Of a stretch of DNA of 60,718 nucleotides, positions 7,815 to 16,936 are shown piece after piece (positions within the stretch are counted from its first letter, which is position 1; every line of letters starts with the position of its first letter). A program made the position numbers and the translations under genes. Below the pieces are notes generated by a model. That model was not told where the DNA came from. It ran no database searches and was given only the letters and a program-made list of their open reading frames with translations. Source of the stretch: Phycisphaerae bacterium (GTDB taxonomy: Bacteria; Planctomycetota; Phycisphaerae; FEN-1346); the NCBI GenBank assembly GCA_035527275.1, contig DATLBA010000004.1, positions 1 to 60,718 of the forward strand, in the 5' to 3' direction.

Positions 7815-8294
7815 TCACTGGCCGGAAGGTGACCCGGTCGCAAAGGGTTTCGCTTTTTCTCTCGACAGGATGATATCCGGCGCAACGTAGAACGGCTGCG
7901 CCTTGGTCGGCGTCGGGAGGTTGGTGGTTTTCGGCGCGTAGCCGGGCTTGCCTGCACTGGCATGGATGGCGTGGGCCAATTGCACCACGTCGAAGCCTTC
8001 CCCCAGTTCGAGTTCGTAGGTTCCATCGGTCTTGGTGATGCCGGCGGTTGCCAGGGACCTCGAGCCGAACGCCGTGGAAATTCCGGCCCGAAGCCAGAGG
8101 TGCGCCCGCGGCAGACCCTCGCCGGTTTCGGCGTCCAGCACGCGGCCGCGCAGGCAATACAGTTGGGGCTTCCGCTCCGCTTGCGGCTGGCATCCGGCCG
8201 CGAGGGCGATCAGACAGACGGCCATCAGCCATCGGGCTTGGGCCAGACGGCGAAGGCCGCTGGGAAAACGGACAGTTCGAGTGGATATAGGCAC
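7815..8294 (-). CDS. Lipoprotein with a carboxypeptidase-regulatory-like beta-sandwich domain
   Basis: Lipobox LAAGC, then LRGRVLDAETGEGLP...GITKTDGTYEL. Start is uncertain (GTG 8321, GTG 8294 or ATG 8225). Confidence 0.7.
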   Translation of the reverse strand: MPISTRTVRFPSGLRRLAQARWLMAVCLIALAAGCQPQAERKPQLYCLRGRVLDAETGEGLPRAHLWLRAGISTAFGSRSLATAGITKTDGTYELELGEGFDVVQLAHAIHASAGKPGYAPKTTNLPTPTKAQPFYVAPDIILSREKAKPFATGSPSGQ

Positions 8295-8388
8295 AACCCG
8301 CCCCCGGTCAGGTCTCCCCACGCTATGCCCTGCATGGTACGAACCGAGCGTCTCGGGTCAAGCGAAAAATGCGGCCCACGGCCACGCG

Positions 8389-9990
8389 TCACTCCGCCCG
8401 CCTGGCGCGATATGCTTCGGGCGTTTCGGCAAACTTCCTCTCGACCTTGTACCGGTACTCCGGTCCCGCGTTGTAGGTGCAGAAGGGGTACAAACGGCCG
8501 TCCGGGGCGGCGTAATGGATGACACATCGCCGCGCGCGGTCCGTCTGGTAATTGTAGCGGTCCTGAAAGTGCATGCCAGCGACCATGAGGCTGCGGAAGG
8601 TCTTCTTGCCGACCTTGCCGCGGCCGACCTTCTTATCGACCATGCCGTTCAGCGTGTGGAGCCACCCGTCGAAGGTCATACCGGCCGGGGCGTGCTCGGG
8701 CCGAAAATGCCGCTTCAGCGCGAGGAAGGATCGGGCCTTTGTGAAAAGTTTGAAGCGGCTCCGCTCACCCTTCCGGGCCAGCCGCCACATCTCGTCGAGC
8801 AATCCCCTCAAGTCGAAAAACTGCGGAATCGGGACCGGCCGCCCGTCCGTGCCAACGAAAAGATAAGTTCCCAGCGAACAGTGCGGGTGACAGGACATGA
8901 TGAGGTTCGCTTCGCCGCGCACCGCCGCCACCAGCCGCGCAAACGGCTGGACGCACGACAGGGGGAACCAGTCCTCGTAGGGGTCGCCGATGCCGGTCTG
9001 ACGGGCCACGTCGTGCGCCAGGTCCGTCAGCGTGTACCGGCGGCGGAGGCGCTCGCGTGCGTCGATACGACCGGTGAACACGACGGGCTGGAAGGAGATG
9101 CCCGCGATCGTCTCGATCCGCTCGAGGGCATACCGCACGATGTCGCCGACCTGATGGTCGTTCACGCCGCGGACGATGGTGGGCACGAGGACGATCTTCA
9201 TGTCGGTGTCGGCGATGCGCTCGATGCACCGTTCCTTCTCCCGCCTGAGCGGCCGGCCGCGGGTCTTTTCCCACACCTCGTCCGTTGTGCCGTCGAACTG
9301 AAGATAGATGTCGTGGAGCCCCGCTTCGGCGCAGCGCTTGGCGAAGTCGGGCTCGCGGGCGAACCTGAGGCCGTTCGTCGCAATCTGTATGTGCGAGAAC
9401 CCCGCGTCGCGTGCCGCGCGTAAACAGTCCAGAAAGCGGGGATGGAGGGTCGGTTCGCCGCCCGAGAACTGGATCGCCCGCGCCGGCGACGGCCGCATCG
9501 CCCGGTATGTCCGCAGCATCCCGACGACCTGCTCGAGCGTCGGCTCATAGACGTAACCGGAGGCGCCCGAGTTCGCAAAGCAGATGGGGCACGCCAGGTC
9601 GCAGCGGTTCGTCAGGTCGATGTTCCCGAGAGCGGTGTTCGACGCGTGGTCCGGACACAGGCCGCATTGGAACGGGCACCGGCTGGTGGCCTCCGCGTTG
9701 GGGTTTTCGAGGCCGTCGCCGTCGGCGTAGTGAAATTCTTCGGCCTTCAGGTAAAGCCGCGCGTCGCCCCAGATAATGTCCTCGAACGGGCCGTGCTCCG
9801 GGCAGGTTTTCTCCATCCAGACCTGGCCGCCCTTTTCGGAAAGCGTGGCGGGAATCAGGCGCATGCACTCGGGACAGACCGACTCGGTTTGTTTCGGCAA
9901 GCCGCGCTTCAAGGGAGGGATGCGGCGGCCGGTCAGCGTGCGTTTCGCTTCATTGGTTTCCGAGAGGTCTTCGCCGATAGCCGGATTCAT
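8389..9990 (-). CDS. tes: Radical SAM protein, tetraether lipid synthase (Tes/GDGT-MAS, MJ0619)-like
   Basis: SVCPEC..EKTCPEHG, CPFQCGLCPDH, IDLTNRCDLACPICFAN, IQFSGGEPT, HIQIATNG, CHPHC, MHFQDRYNYQTDRARRCVIHYAAPDGRLYPFCTYN. SD GAGGAAGG precedes ATG 9990. Confidence 0.85.
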   Translation of the reverse strand: MNPAIGEDLSETNEAKRTLTGRRIPPLKRGLPKQTESVCPECMRLIPATLSEKGGQVWMEKTCPEHGPFEDIIWGDARLYLKAEEFHYADGDGLENPNAEATSRCPFQCGLCPDHASNTALGNIDLTNRCDLACPICFANSGASGYVYEPTLEQVVGMLRTYRAMRPSPARAIQFSGGEPTLHPRFLDCLRAARDAGFSHIQIATNGLRFAREPDFAKRCAEAGLHDIYLQFDGTTDEVWEKTRGRPLRREKERCIERIADTDMKIVLVPTIVRGVNDHQVGDIVRYALERIETIAGISFQPVVFTGRIDARERLRRRYTLTDLAHDVARQTGIGDPYEDWFPLSCVQPFARLVAAVRGEANLIMSCHPHCSLGTYLFVGTDGRPVPIPQFFDLRGLLDEMWRLARKGERSRFKLFTKARSFLALKRHFRPEHAPAGMTFDGWLHTLNGMVDKKVGRGKVGKKTFRSLMVAGMHFQDRYNYQTDRARRCVIHYAAPDGRLYPFCTYNAGPEYRYKVERKFAETPEAYRARRAE

Positions 9991-10081
9991 AAGCCTTCCT
10001 CTTGGAGTTGCCCCATTATAGCGCTCGAACCGGCGACATGCCACCCTATTTATCGAGCACTAGGTATGACAACCGCCCTCA

Positions 10082-10849
10082 CTAGCCGCCGGGAATCAAC
10101 TTCACGACGAGGTTGAAAACAACATGGACGCCCGAGGCGATGCCGAACCCCCGCGTCGCAAACAGCACGGCGAGATAGACTCCCGCCGCCGTGCGGAAGA
10201 GGAACGTCGGCCACGTGAACAACTGGGGGTCGCCCAGCGTGTGGGCTCCCGCGAACAGCCCCGCCGCCACCAACACGCCCGCCACGACCGCGCCGCGGCG
10301 CTCAAGACGGAAGACGTGCTGCATGAGGAACACCAGCCCGCCAATGAGCGCCAAGCGGAAAATGAGTTCCTCGTAGATGCCGGCGCCGATGCTGGTCATG
10401 GCGGCGGCCAGCAGGCCGGAAGGCGCGTCCTCCGCCAACTCCAGCGCGCTTGGCGGGGCCGCCGACTGGAACACCCGCTGAAGCGCCACAAGCGGGACCG
10501 TCAGCATCATCGTCTCCAGCACCATCGCGGGAAGGAGGGCCAGACGGAATCGCCACGGGTCCTTGCGCGCAAGGTGCCAGGCCAATAGCGCGCCGACGAC
10601 GAGGCCGGCCGGCGCGAGCACGCCCGCCAGACCCACAAGCGCGAGCGCGCGGCGAAGCAGGAGGTCCACGCCGGCCGCCAAATCAGGACGCACCCACACC
10701 AGGCCCGCCGTGTAAAAGACCAGGAAGGGTGACAGAAAGACGAGACTCGGCCACGGCCGCGCCGCTTCCGGTGCGAAAAGAAGCCGGCCGTCGTGGCTCC
10801 GGCGACGCGCGGCGGCCGGGCGTCTTCGGGGATGCACCGATCTCACCAT
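10082..10849 (-). CDS. CPBP (CAAX prenyl protease-like/Abi) intramembrane glutamic protease
   Basis: GIYEELIFR (EExxxR), FAGAH (FxxxH) and HVVFN motifs; multi-TM. Start is uncertain. Confidence 0.85.
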   Translation of the reverse strand: MVRSVHPRRRPAAARRRSHDGRLLFAPEAARPWPSLVFLSPFLVFYTAGLVWVRPDLAAGVDLLLRRALALVGLAGVLAPAGLVVGALLAWHLARKDPWRFRLALLPAMVLETMMLTVPLVALQRVFQSAAPPSALELAEDAPSGLLAAAMTSIGAGIYEELIFRLALIGGLVFLMQHVFRLERRGAVVAGVLVAAGLFAGAHTLGDPQLFTWPTFLFRTAAGVYLAVLFATRGFGIASGVHVVFNLVVKLIPGG

Positions 10850-11078
10850 GGCGGGAATCTACCAAACCCGTCGTTCCAACACTAACCCAAAAACGGGCCG
10901 CTGCGTGGCAGGAGGCGCTGCGAATGATCTTGAAAGGGACCACAAAACGGACTACGTTACGCCTGTTGCCGCATGGCGGATTGTCGGAAAGATAGCCCAG
11001 CAGGTTAGGGCAGGTCCTGCTCGTATTAGCGTCACCGAATCGGAGCCGGACACGAGGCCGGGGCCTGAAAGGGACGGT

Positions 11079-11756
11079 GTGCAGACGGGCGAAAAGATCC
11101 GCCGGTTTTACGAGGCGCTCCTTGCGGCCTACGGACCCCAGGGTTGGTGGCCCGCCGACACGCCGTTCGAGGTGGCCGTCGGCGCCGTCCTGACACAGAA
11201 CACCGCCTGGCGAAACGTCGAACGCGCCATCGCCAACCTGCGGCGCGAAGGGCTGCTGTCGCCCGAGGCGCTGGCCCGCGTGGATGCTGAACGCCTGGCC
11301 GCCTGCCTCCGTCCCGCCGGATACTTCCGCATCAAGGCCGGACGCCTGAAGAACTTCATCCGCCTGCTGACCGAGCGGTTCGGCGGCCGCCTGGAGGATT
11401 TGTTCGCCCTTTCGACTTCGGAGTTGCGCGAGACGATTCTCGGGGTTTCCGGAATCGGGCCGGAGACGGCCGACTCGATCGTTTTGTATGCGGCTCATCG
11501 GCCGGTGTTCGTCGTGGATACATACACCGCCCGCGTGCTCCATCGTCACGGTCTGGCGGAGCAGGACGCGACGTATGCGGACCTCCAGGAACTGATGCAG
11601 TCCAGCCTCCCGGACGACGTGGAGGTGTTTCAGGAATATCACGCGCTTCTGGTGGCGGTGGCGAAGCGGCACTGCAAGAAGCGGCGGCCGGTGTGTCCGG
11701 GATGCCCGCTCGAGCCCTTTTTGGAAGAAGGCCAGCCGGTCACCCCCATGTGGTGA
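11079..11756 (+). CDS. Endonuclease III-related HhH-GPD DNA glycosylase
   Basis: GAVLTQNTAWRNVE, HhH motif LGVSGIGPETADSI, VFVVDTY, YHALLV, and CKKRRPVCPGCP (the fourth Fe-S Cys appears absent). Start GTG 11079. Confidence 0.85.
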   Translation: MQTGEKIRRFYEALLAAYGPQGWWPADTPFEVAVGAVLTQNTAWRNVERAIANLRREGLLSPEALARVDAERLAACLRPAGYFRIKAGRLKNFIRLLTERFGGRLEDLFALSTSELRETILGVSGIGPETADSIVLYAAHRPVFVVDTYTARVLHRHGLAEQDATYADLQELMQSSLPDDVEVFQEYHALLVAVAKRHCKKRRPVCPGCPLEPFLEEGQPVTPMW

Positions 11757-11778
11757 CGCGGCCGGTCTTCCTCGCGCC

Positions 11779-12945
11779 CTACGCCTTTTCGGGCGTTTGC
11801 TCGGCCTGGCGGAGGCGGGGGGAGGTCGGCTTCGCCGCACTGCCCACCAGCCGAGCCGCTGCGGCCAGTTCGAGCCGGCTCTTCGGGTCGTCGGCCAGGA
11901 GCGGACGACTCGGCCCGCGCAGTTCCCGACGCACCGCGAAGCGGGTCTCCGGATTAATTTCGTGCCAAGCGCACACACCGTTGCGGCCCCGGCGCTTGGT
12001 CTCGTAGAGCGCCTGGTCCGCCAGGAAAACCAAAAGTTCCGGGCTGACGACCTCGGCATCGTCCGGATACGTTGCTGTGCCCAGACTGAGCGCCACCCGG
12101 ACCGATTTTCCTTTGCACTGGAATCGGTGCTTGCGGCAGGCGGCGAGGACTCGTCGGGCGAGGGCGGCGACCTCCTTGTGGCCGGCCCGCGGACAGACGA
12201 GGGCAAACTCGTCGCCCGCATACCGGGCCACCAGGTCCGACTCGCGGGCGCACTTTTTCAAAATCACCGCCACGTCCTTCAACACCATGTCCCCAAACGG
12301 GTGGCCATACTCATCGTTGATGCGCTTGAAGTAGTCAATGTCTGCAATAAGCATCGAAAGTTGATGGCCGTAGCGCCGGCTGATCTTGAACTCCGTTTTC
12401 AGCCACTCCATCAGATACCGATAGTTGTAGAGCGCCGTCAGGCCGTCCGTGATGCTGCGGACCTTCAGGTCGCGGTTGTCCTCGCGCAGTTGCTTCAAGA
12501 GGGCGTTCTCTCTGGCCAGGGTCTTTTCCAACTCGAGTCGGACCTGGCCGAGTTGATCGTACGCGCTCTTCAGGCGCAGCAGCGCGTGCACGCGGTGGCG
12601 GATGGTTTCCTGGTCGAACGGCGGCCCGAGGACATCGTCAATGTCGTTTTCCCTGAGGGTCAGGCGCTGGCGCGCCGAGGGTGCCTTGGGAGAGACCAGG
12701 AGCACCGGCAGATAGTGATGGCGGTGGAGACTCTTCAGGACCCGGGCCGTTTCAACCGGGTTGAAGTTGCCGCCACACTCGCCGAGGACGGCCAGATCAA
12801 TCTTCTCGCTCTTGACGGCGGCCATGGCCGTCAGGCAATCCTCGGCCGTTTCCACACTCACCCCCAGGGCCTCGAGGATATGGCGGATTTGGGCGACACC
12901 CTCCTCCTCAGCGCCGATTACCAGGACACTGGCTCCAACAGTCAT
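11779..12945 (-). CDS. PleD-like diguanylate cyclase with a degenerate receiver domain
   Basis: TDGLTALYN, DIDYFKRINDEYGHPFGD, I-site RESD, active site RYAGDEF. Confidence 0.9.
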   Translation of the reverse strand: MTVGASVLVIGAEEEGVAQIRHILEALGVSVETAEDCLTAMAAVKSEKIDLAVLGECGGNFNPVETARVLKSLHRHHYLPVLLVSPKAPSARQRLTLRENDIDDVLGPPFDQETIRHRVHALLRLKSAYDQLGQVRLELEKTLARENALLKQLREDNRDLKVRSITDGLTALYNYRYLMEWLKTEFKISRRYGHQLSMLIADIDYFKRINDEYGHPFGDMVLKDVAVILKKCARESDLVARYAGDEFALVCPRAGHKEVAALARRVLAACRKHRFQCKGKSVRVALSLGTATYPDDAEVVSPELLVFLADQALYETKRRGRNGVCAWHEINPETRFAVRRELRGPSRPLLADDPKSRLELAAAARLVGSAAKPTSPRLRQAEQTPEKA

Positions 12946-13058
12946 GTGACCTCCTCTCTTCGGTGCCAGCCCCCTCTCCTGGCCGCTTCCATTAGAAAGA
13001 ATAGGGCCAACGGGGGGCGCGGCAACTGTGGACGATGGGAGGGCGACGTGGAGGCGGT

Positions 13059-13085
13059 CTAAGTGCTTTGTAAATAGGGACTTAG
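13059..13085. promoter_or_regulatory. Dyad CTAAGT-N15-ACTTAG upstream of the diguanylate cyclase gene
   Basis: AT-rich inverted repeat 113 bp upstream of ATG 12945. Its function is inferred only. Confidence 0.35.
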
Positions 13086-13158
13086 GGCCGGATGGGGGGC
13101 CGGGCTGCGCGCGCCGGCGCTTGCGCGCACCGGCCGGAATCCGACCGAAAAAAGACCG

Positions 13159-13752
13159 TCATTCCGCGCCTGCCGCCAGCAGTTTCGAGCCCGTCCGGAT
13201 ATAGCCGAGCCAGGAAACCAGACCGAGGGCGACCGTTACCCCCCAGAGGATTCGCAGGCTCCACCATGTCAGATCCGGCGCCCCCGCCACGAGGTCCGGC
13301 GTCGCGAGCGTAAAGAGAATCGACACGAACTGCATCACGGTCGCCGCTTTGCCGGTCAGGCTTGGCATCGCCTGGAACATGCCTACCAGCAGGAAGACGA
13401 TGACAGTCCCGAGCAGTATGAACAGGTCCCGCGAAACCAGGGCCACGGCCGCCCACGTCGGAACGCCCAGATCCGGATACCGGCTCGAGAGAACGCCCTC
13501 GATGCTCATCGTCACCAGGGCACTGATCATCAGGGCCTTGTCGGCCAGCGGGTCGAGGATCGAGCCGATGCGCGTCACCGACCCTGTCCGCCGCGCGATG
13601 ATTCCGTCCGCCGCGTCGCAAATGCCGATGATTACCGCCAGACCCATCGCGGCATACCGGTAGGCGGGATCGCCTGCCGCGTTCAAGAGAAGCAGAACAA
13701 ACACCGGCACCATCAGCAGGCGAAGCACCGTGATGCGGTTCGGCCACGACAT
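13159..13752 (-). CDS. CDP-alcohol phosphatidyltransferase (PgsA-like)
   Basis: PNRITVLR and DAADGIIARRTGSVTRIGSILDPLADK match the family motif. Start moved to ATG 13752. Confidence 0.9.
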   Translation of the reverse strand: MSWPNRITVLRLLMVPVFVLLLLNAAGDPAYRYAAMGLAVIIGICDAADGIIARRTGSVTRIGSILDPLADKALMISALVTMSIEGVLSSRYPDLGVPTWAAVALVSRDLFILLGTVIVFLLVGMFQAMPSLTGKAATVMQFVSILFTLATPDLVAGAPDLTWWSLRILWGVTVALGLVSWLGYIRTGSKLLAAGAE

Positions 13753-13952
13753 GACGCGCCCCTGAGGAGGATTCCGTAGTGGCAAGATAAAGTTACGTCC
13801 CCCCTCCGGAGGTGTCAACATTTTTGCGCGGGCGGCCTCCGCGTGGTCACACCCGCCCTTTGCCGGCAAAGGTTGAAGGTTGGACATCCCATCCGCGCGG
13901 TGGTAAACTGTTCTTTCGGGGCCGGCGCGACGGACGCATGGGAGGTTCACGA

Positions 13953-15362
13953 ATGGCGGCTACGAAAACCCGTACCGAACGCGACGCGCTTGGGCCGGTC
14001 GAGGTCCCGGCGGACGCCTACTGGGGCGCGCAAACCCAGCGGGCCGTCGGGAACTTCCCCGTCTCCGGTCTGCGGGCGCATCCCGCGCTCATCCGGGCCT
14101 ACTGCATGGTGAAACTCGCCGCCGCCCGCACCAACTGCCGCCTCTCGAAACTCGACTCGAAACTCTCCGCCGCCATCGAAAAGGCGTGCGAGGAAGTCCT
14201 CGCCGGCGCGCTCCTCGACCAGTGGGTCGTGGACGTTTATCAGGCCGGGGCCGGCACCAGTTTCAATATGAACACGAATGAGGTCCTCGCGAACCGCGCG
14301 AACGAAATCCTCGGCGCCCCCCTCGGGTCCTACCAGTTCGTCCACCCCAACGACCACGTTAACATGAGCCAATCAACCAATGACTCTTTTCCCACGGCGA
14401 TGCACGTGGCGGCGCTGCTCGTCGGCGCGGAAGTCGCCGACGAGCTCTGGGGGTTGGCCGACGCGCTTGCCGAAAAGGGCCGCCAGTTCGATTCAATCAT
14501 CAAGAGCGGCCGGACGCACCTTCAGGACGCCGTGCCCGTCCGCCTCGGCCAGGAGTTCGCCGCCTACGGGCTGGCGATTCGCCGCGCAGCAGAGCGGCTC
14601 GCTGAGGCGCTCGGCGCCTGCGGGGAACTTCCCCTTGGCGGCTCCGCCACGGGGACGGGCCTCAACACGCACCCGCAGTATGCCGCCATGGTCGCCGGAG
14701 ACTTGTCGGAAATCTCCGGGTTGGATTTGCGCCCGGCCGAGAACCTGCACTTGGCGATGCAGTCGATGGCCCCGGTCGCCGGCGTCAGCGCTGCGCTTCG
14801 GAACCTGGCGCTGGAACTTGTGCGCATCGCGAACGACCTGCGCTTGCTCTCGAGCGGCCCTCGGACGGGCCTCGCCGAAATCCGCCTCCCGGCCGTCCAG
14901 CCCGGCTCCAGCATCATGCCCGGCAAAGTCAACCCCGTCATGGCGGAGTGCTTGAATATGATCGCCATGCAGGTCATCGGCAACGACACCGCCGTGGCGC
15001 TGGCGGTGCAGGCGGGCCAGTTGGAACTGAACGTGATGATGCCCCTCATGGCCCACAACGTCCTGGGGAGCATGGAAATCTTGAAAAACTTTCTGCCGGT
15101 CTTCACGGAGCGGTGCGTCAAGGGAATCGAAGCCGACGCCGACCGATGCCGGGCGTACTTCGAATCGTCGGTCGGTCTGGCGACGATCCTTAATCAGCAC
15201 GTCGGCTACGAGAAGGCGGCCGAGGCGGCCAAGGAGGCCGCCGCGACCGGAAAAACCCTCCGAGAACTCATCTTGGAGCGGGGCCTGATGACGGCGGCCG
15301 AACTCGACGCCGCCCTCGACCCGCGCCGCGTGACCGAACCGAACGACCCGACGCAAGCCTGA
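13953..15362 (+). CDS. aspA: Aspartate ammonia-lyase / class II fumarase family protein
   Basis: RTERDALG..YWGAQT, HPNDHVNMSQSTND, GSSIMPGKVNP. AspA is favoured over FumC but not certain. SD GGAGG precedes ATG 13953. Confidence 0.85.
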   Translation: MAATKTRTERDALGPVEVPADAYWGAQTQRAVGNFPVSGLRAHPALIRAYCMVKLAAARTNCRLSKLDSKLSAAIEKACEEVLAGALLDQWVVDVYQAGAGTSFNMNTNEVLANRANEILGAPLGSYQFVHPNDHVNMSQSTNDSFPTAMHVAALLVGAEVADELWGLADALAEKGRQFDSIIKSGRTHLQDAVPVRLGQEFAAYGLAIRRAAERLAEALGACGELPLGGSATGTGLNTHPQYAAMVAGDLSEISGLDLRPAENLHLAMQSMAPVAGVSAALRNLALELVRIANDLRLLSSGPRTGLAEIRLPAVQPGSSIMPGKVNPVMAECLNMIAMQVIGNDTAVALAVQAGQLELNVMMPLMAHNVLGSMEILKNFLPVFTERCVKGIEADADRCRAYFESSVGLATILNQHVGYEKAAEAAKEAAATGKTLRELILERGLMTAAELDAALDPRRVTEPNDPTQA

Positions 15363-15429
15363 GCGCGGGGCAGGGCGGCTTGAAGGCACTGCGACTTCAT
15401 TATTCTGGGTACGCACATATCTCAAGGGG

Positions 15430-16308
15430 ATGGCCATGCTCGTTCGCGAACCGATTGTGGCCGGCCAGTTCTATCCGGCCGGCCGCGACGCCTGCGTTGA
15501 AATGATCGAGTCGCTCCGCCCAGGGAAACTACCCGAAGACCTGCCCGATCGTCCTGTGGCCGGCGTTGTGCCTCACGCCGGCTGGGTCTTCTCCGGCGCG
15601 ACGGCGCTGGCCGTGCTTGAGGCGATCCGGCAAGGCCGAACTCCGAAAACGTTCGTCCTCTTCGGGGCGGTCCACGGGCCGATTCGCGCAAGCGCCGTCT
15701 TCAGTTCAGGCGGGTGGCGGACGCCGCTCGGCCTGGCCGAGGTGGACGAGCGCCTCGCCGGCGAGGTCCTCGCACGGAGCGAGGGACTTGTGGCCGACGC
15801 GCCGCACGCCCACGAGGCGGAACACAGCATCGAGGTCCAGGTGCCGTTCATCCAGTACCTCTTTCCTGAAGCGCGAATCCTTCCGATTGCCGTCCTGCCG
15901 GACGAGCACGCCACCGAAATCGGCCGCATCGTCGGCCGGACTGTCGGCAGCCTGGACGCCGACGCCGTCTGCCTCGGCTCGACGGACCTGACGCATTACG
16001 GCCCGGCGTACGGGTTCACGCCGAAGGGTCTGGGCGAGGAGGCGCTTCGGTGGATGCGCGAAGAAAACGACCGCCGCATGGTGGACCTGATGCTGCGGCT
16101 CGACGCCGAGGCCGCGGTGCCGGAAGCCGAGACCCGCGCCAACGCCTGCGGCGCGGGCGCCGTTGCGGCCACCCTGGCTGCCGCGCGCGAACTTGGCGCT
16201 TCCTGTGGCCGCCTCGTCCACTACACCACGTCGTGCGACGTGATGCGCGAACGGATGGGCTCTCAAGGGATGGACGCCGCCGTCGGCTATGCCGGCGTCG
16301 TCTTTTAA
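15430..16308 (+). CDS. MEMO1-family protein (AmmeMemoRadiSam protein B)
   Basis: VAGQFYP, VPHAGWVFSG, EHSIEVQVPFIQ, STDLTHYG, CGAGAV, VGYAG. Confidence 0.9.
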   Translation: MAMLVREPIVAGQFYPAGRDACVEMIESLRPGKLPEDLPDRPVAGVVPHAGWVFSGATALAVLEAIRQGRTPKTFVLFGAVHGPIRASAVFSSGGWRTPLGLAEVDERLAGEVLARSEGLVADAPHAHEAEHSIEVQVPFIQYLFPEARILPIAVLPDEHATEIGRIVGRTVGSLDADAVCLGSTDLTHYGPAYGFTPKGLGEEALRWMREENDRRMVDLMLRLDAEAAVPEAETRANACGAGAVAATLAAARELGASCGRLVHYTTSCDVMRERMGSQGMDAAVGYAGVVF

Positions 16309-16552
16309 TCCGGCCCAGGGGCGGGGCACTTAAAGGCACTCTGAAAATCGCCGAAGGGGTGAACTTGGGGCCCACAAACTTCCGTGATAATCAATTTGGT
16401 CTCCTCATACTAAAGGCCTGCTTTGCAAAGCAAGGTGGGTGGGAAAAGACGGCTTCCTCTGTTGCTAGGGAGAAGGGGGCGGTTTACTTGGGGAGTGGTC
16501 TTGAAATGATCCACTGGCTCTCCGGGGTTTATGAGACAGTGGGGAGGGCGCA

Positions 16553-16789
16553 ATGAAACCTGGTACGAAACTGGGCTTGGCCGGGGTACTGCTCTGCCTA
16601 AGCTGGTGAGCCCTGGCTGTCCTGTGGGATCACTATTGGTGGACATGCGATTTGCTGAGTCTTGGGGCGTGTGCCTCAGCCGGTTGGTGCTTCTTCTCCA
16701 GGGATGCCTCGGCACCGGAAAGGGTTCTGAGCGCCATCTTGTTTGGGTTTGGGATCTTGCAGATGGTGGCCGTCTCAGTCCGGTGGTGA
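16553..16789 (+). pseudogene. Small 3-TM membrane protein interrupted by an in-frame TGA (16607-16609)
   Basis: SD GGGGAGGG then MKPGTKLGLAGVLLCLSW*ALAVLWDHYWWTCDLLSLGACASAGWCFFSRDASAPERVLSAILFGFGILQMVAVSVRW*. Lies in an AT-richer islet. Confidence 0.35.
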
Positions 16790-16936
16790 AATGCCGCACG
16801 TTCCGTTTGCTCAACCGCGAAGTTTTCCTGGACGGCATCGACGGAACCGTTATACTTGAGGCACTGTTCCAGCGCCTAACCACTACCCTTCCCCTTTCCC
16901 GAGGCCGCTCACAGCGCGGCTGCTGATGAGGGTAAA

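Noticed and set aside
13159-13752. Archaeal-type (archaetidyl) assignment for the extra CDP-alcohol phosphatidyltransferase
   Set aside because: Only the generic family motif is visible, and two paralogs (PG and cardiolipin or PI synthesis) are common in bacteria.
16531-16926. 131-aa ORF from the ORF track
   Set aside because: No SD, no recognisable motif or topology. The overlapping frame from 16553 has a strong SD and coherent TM segments. Not fully excluded.
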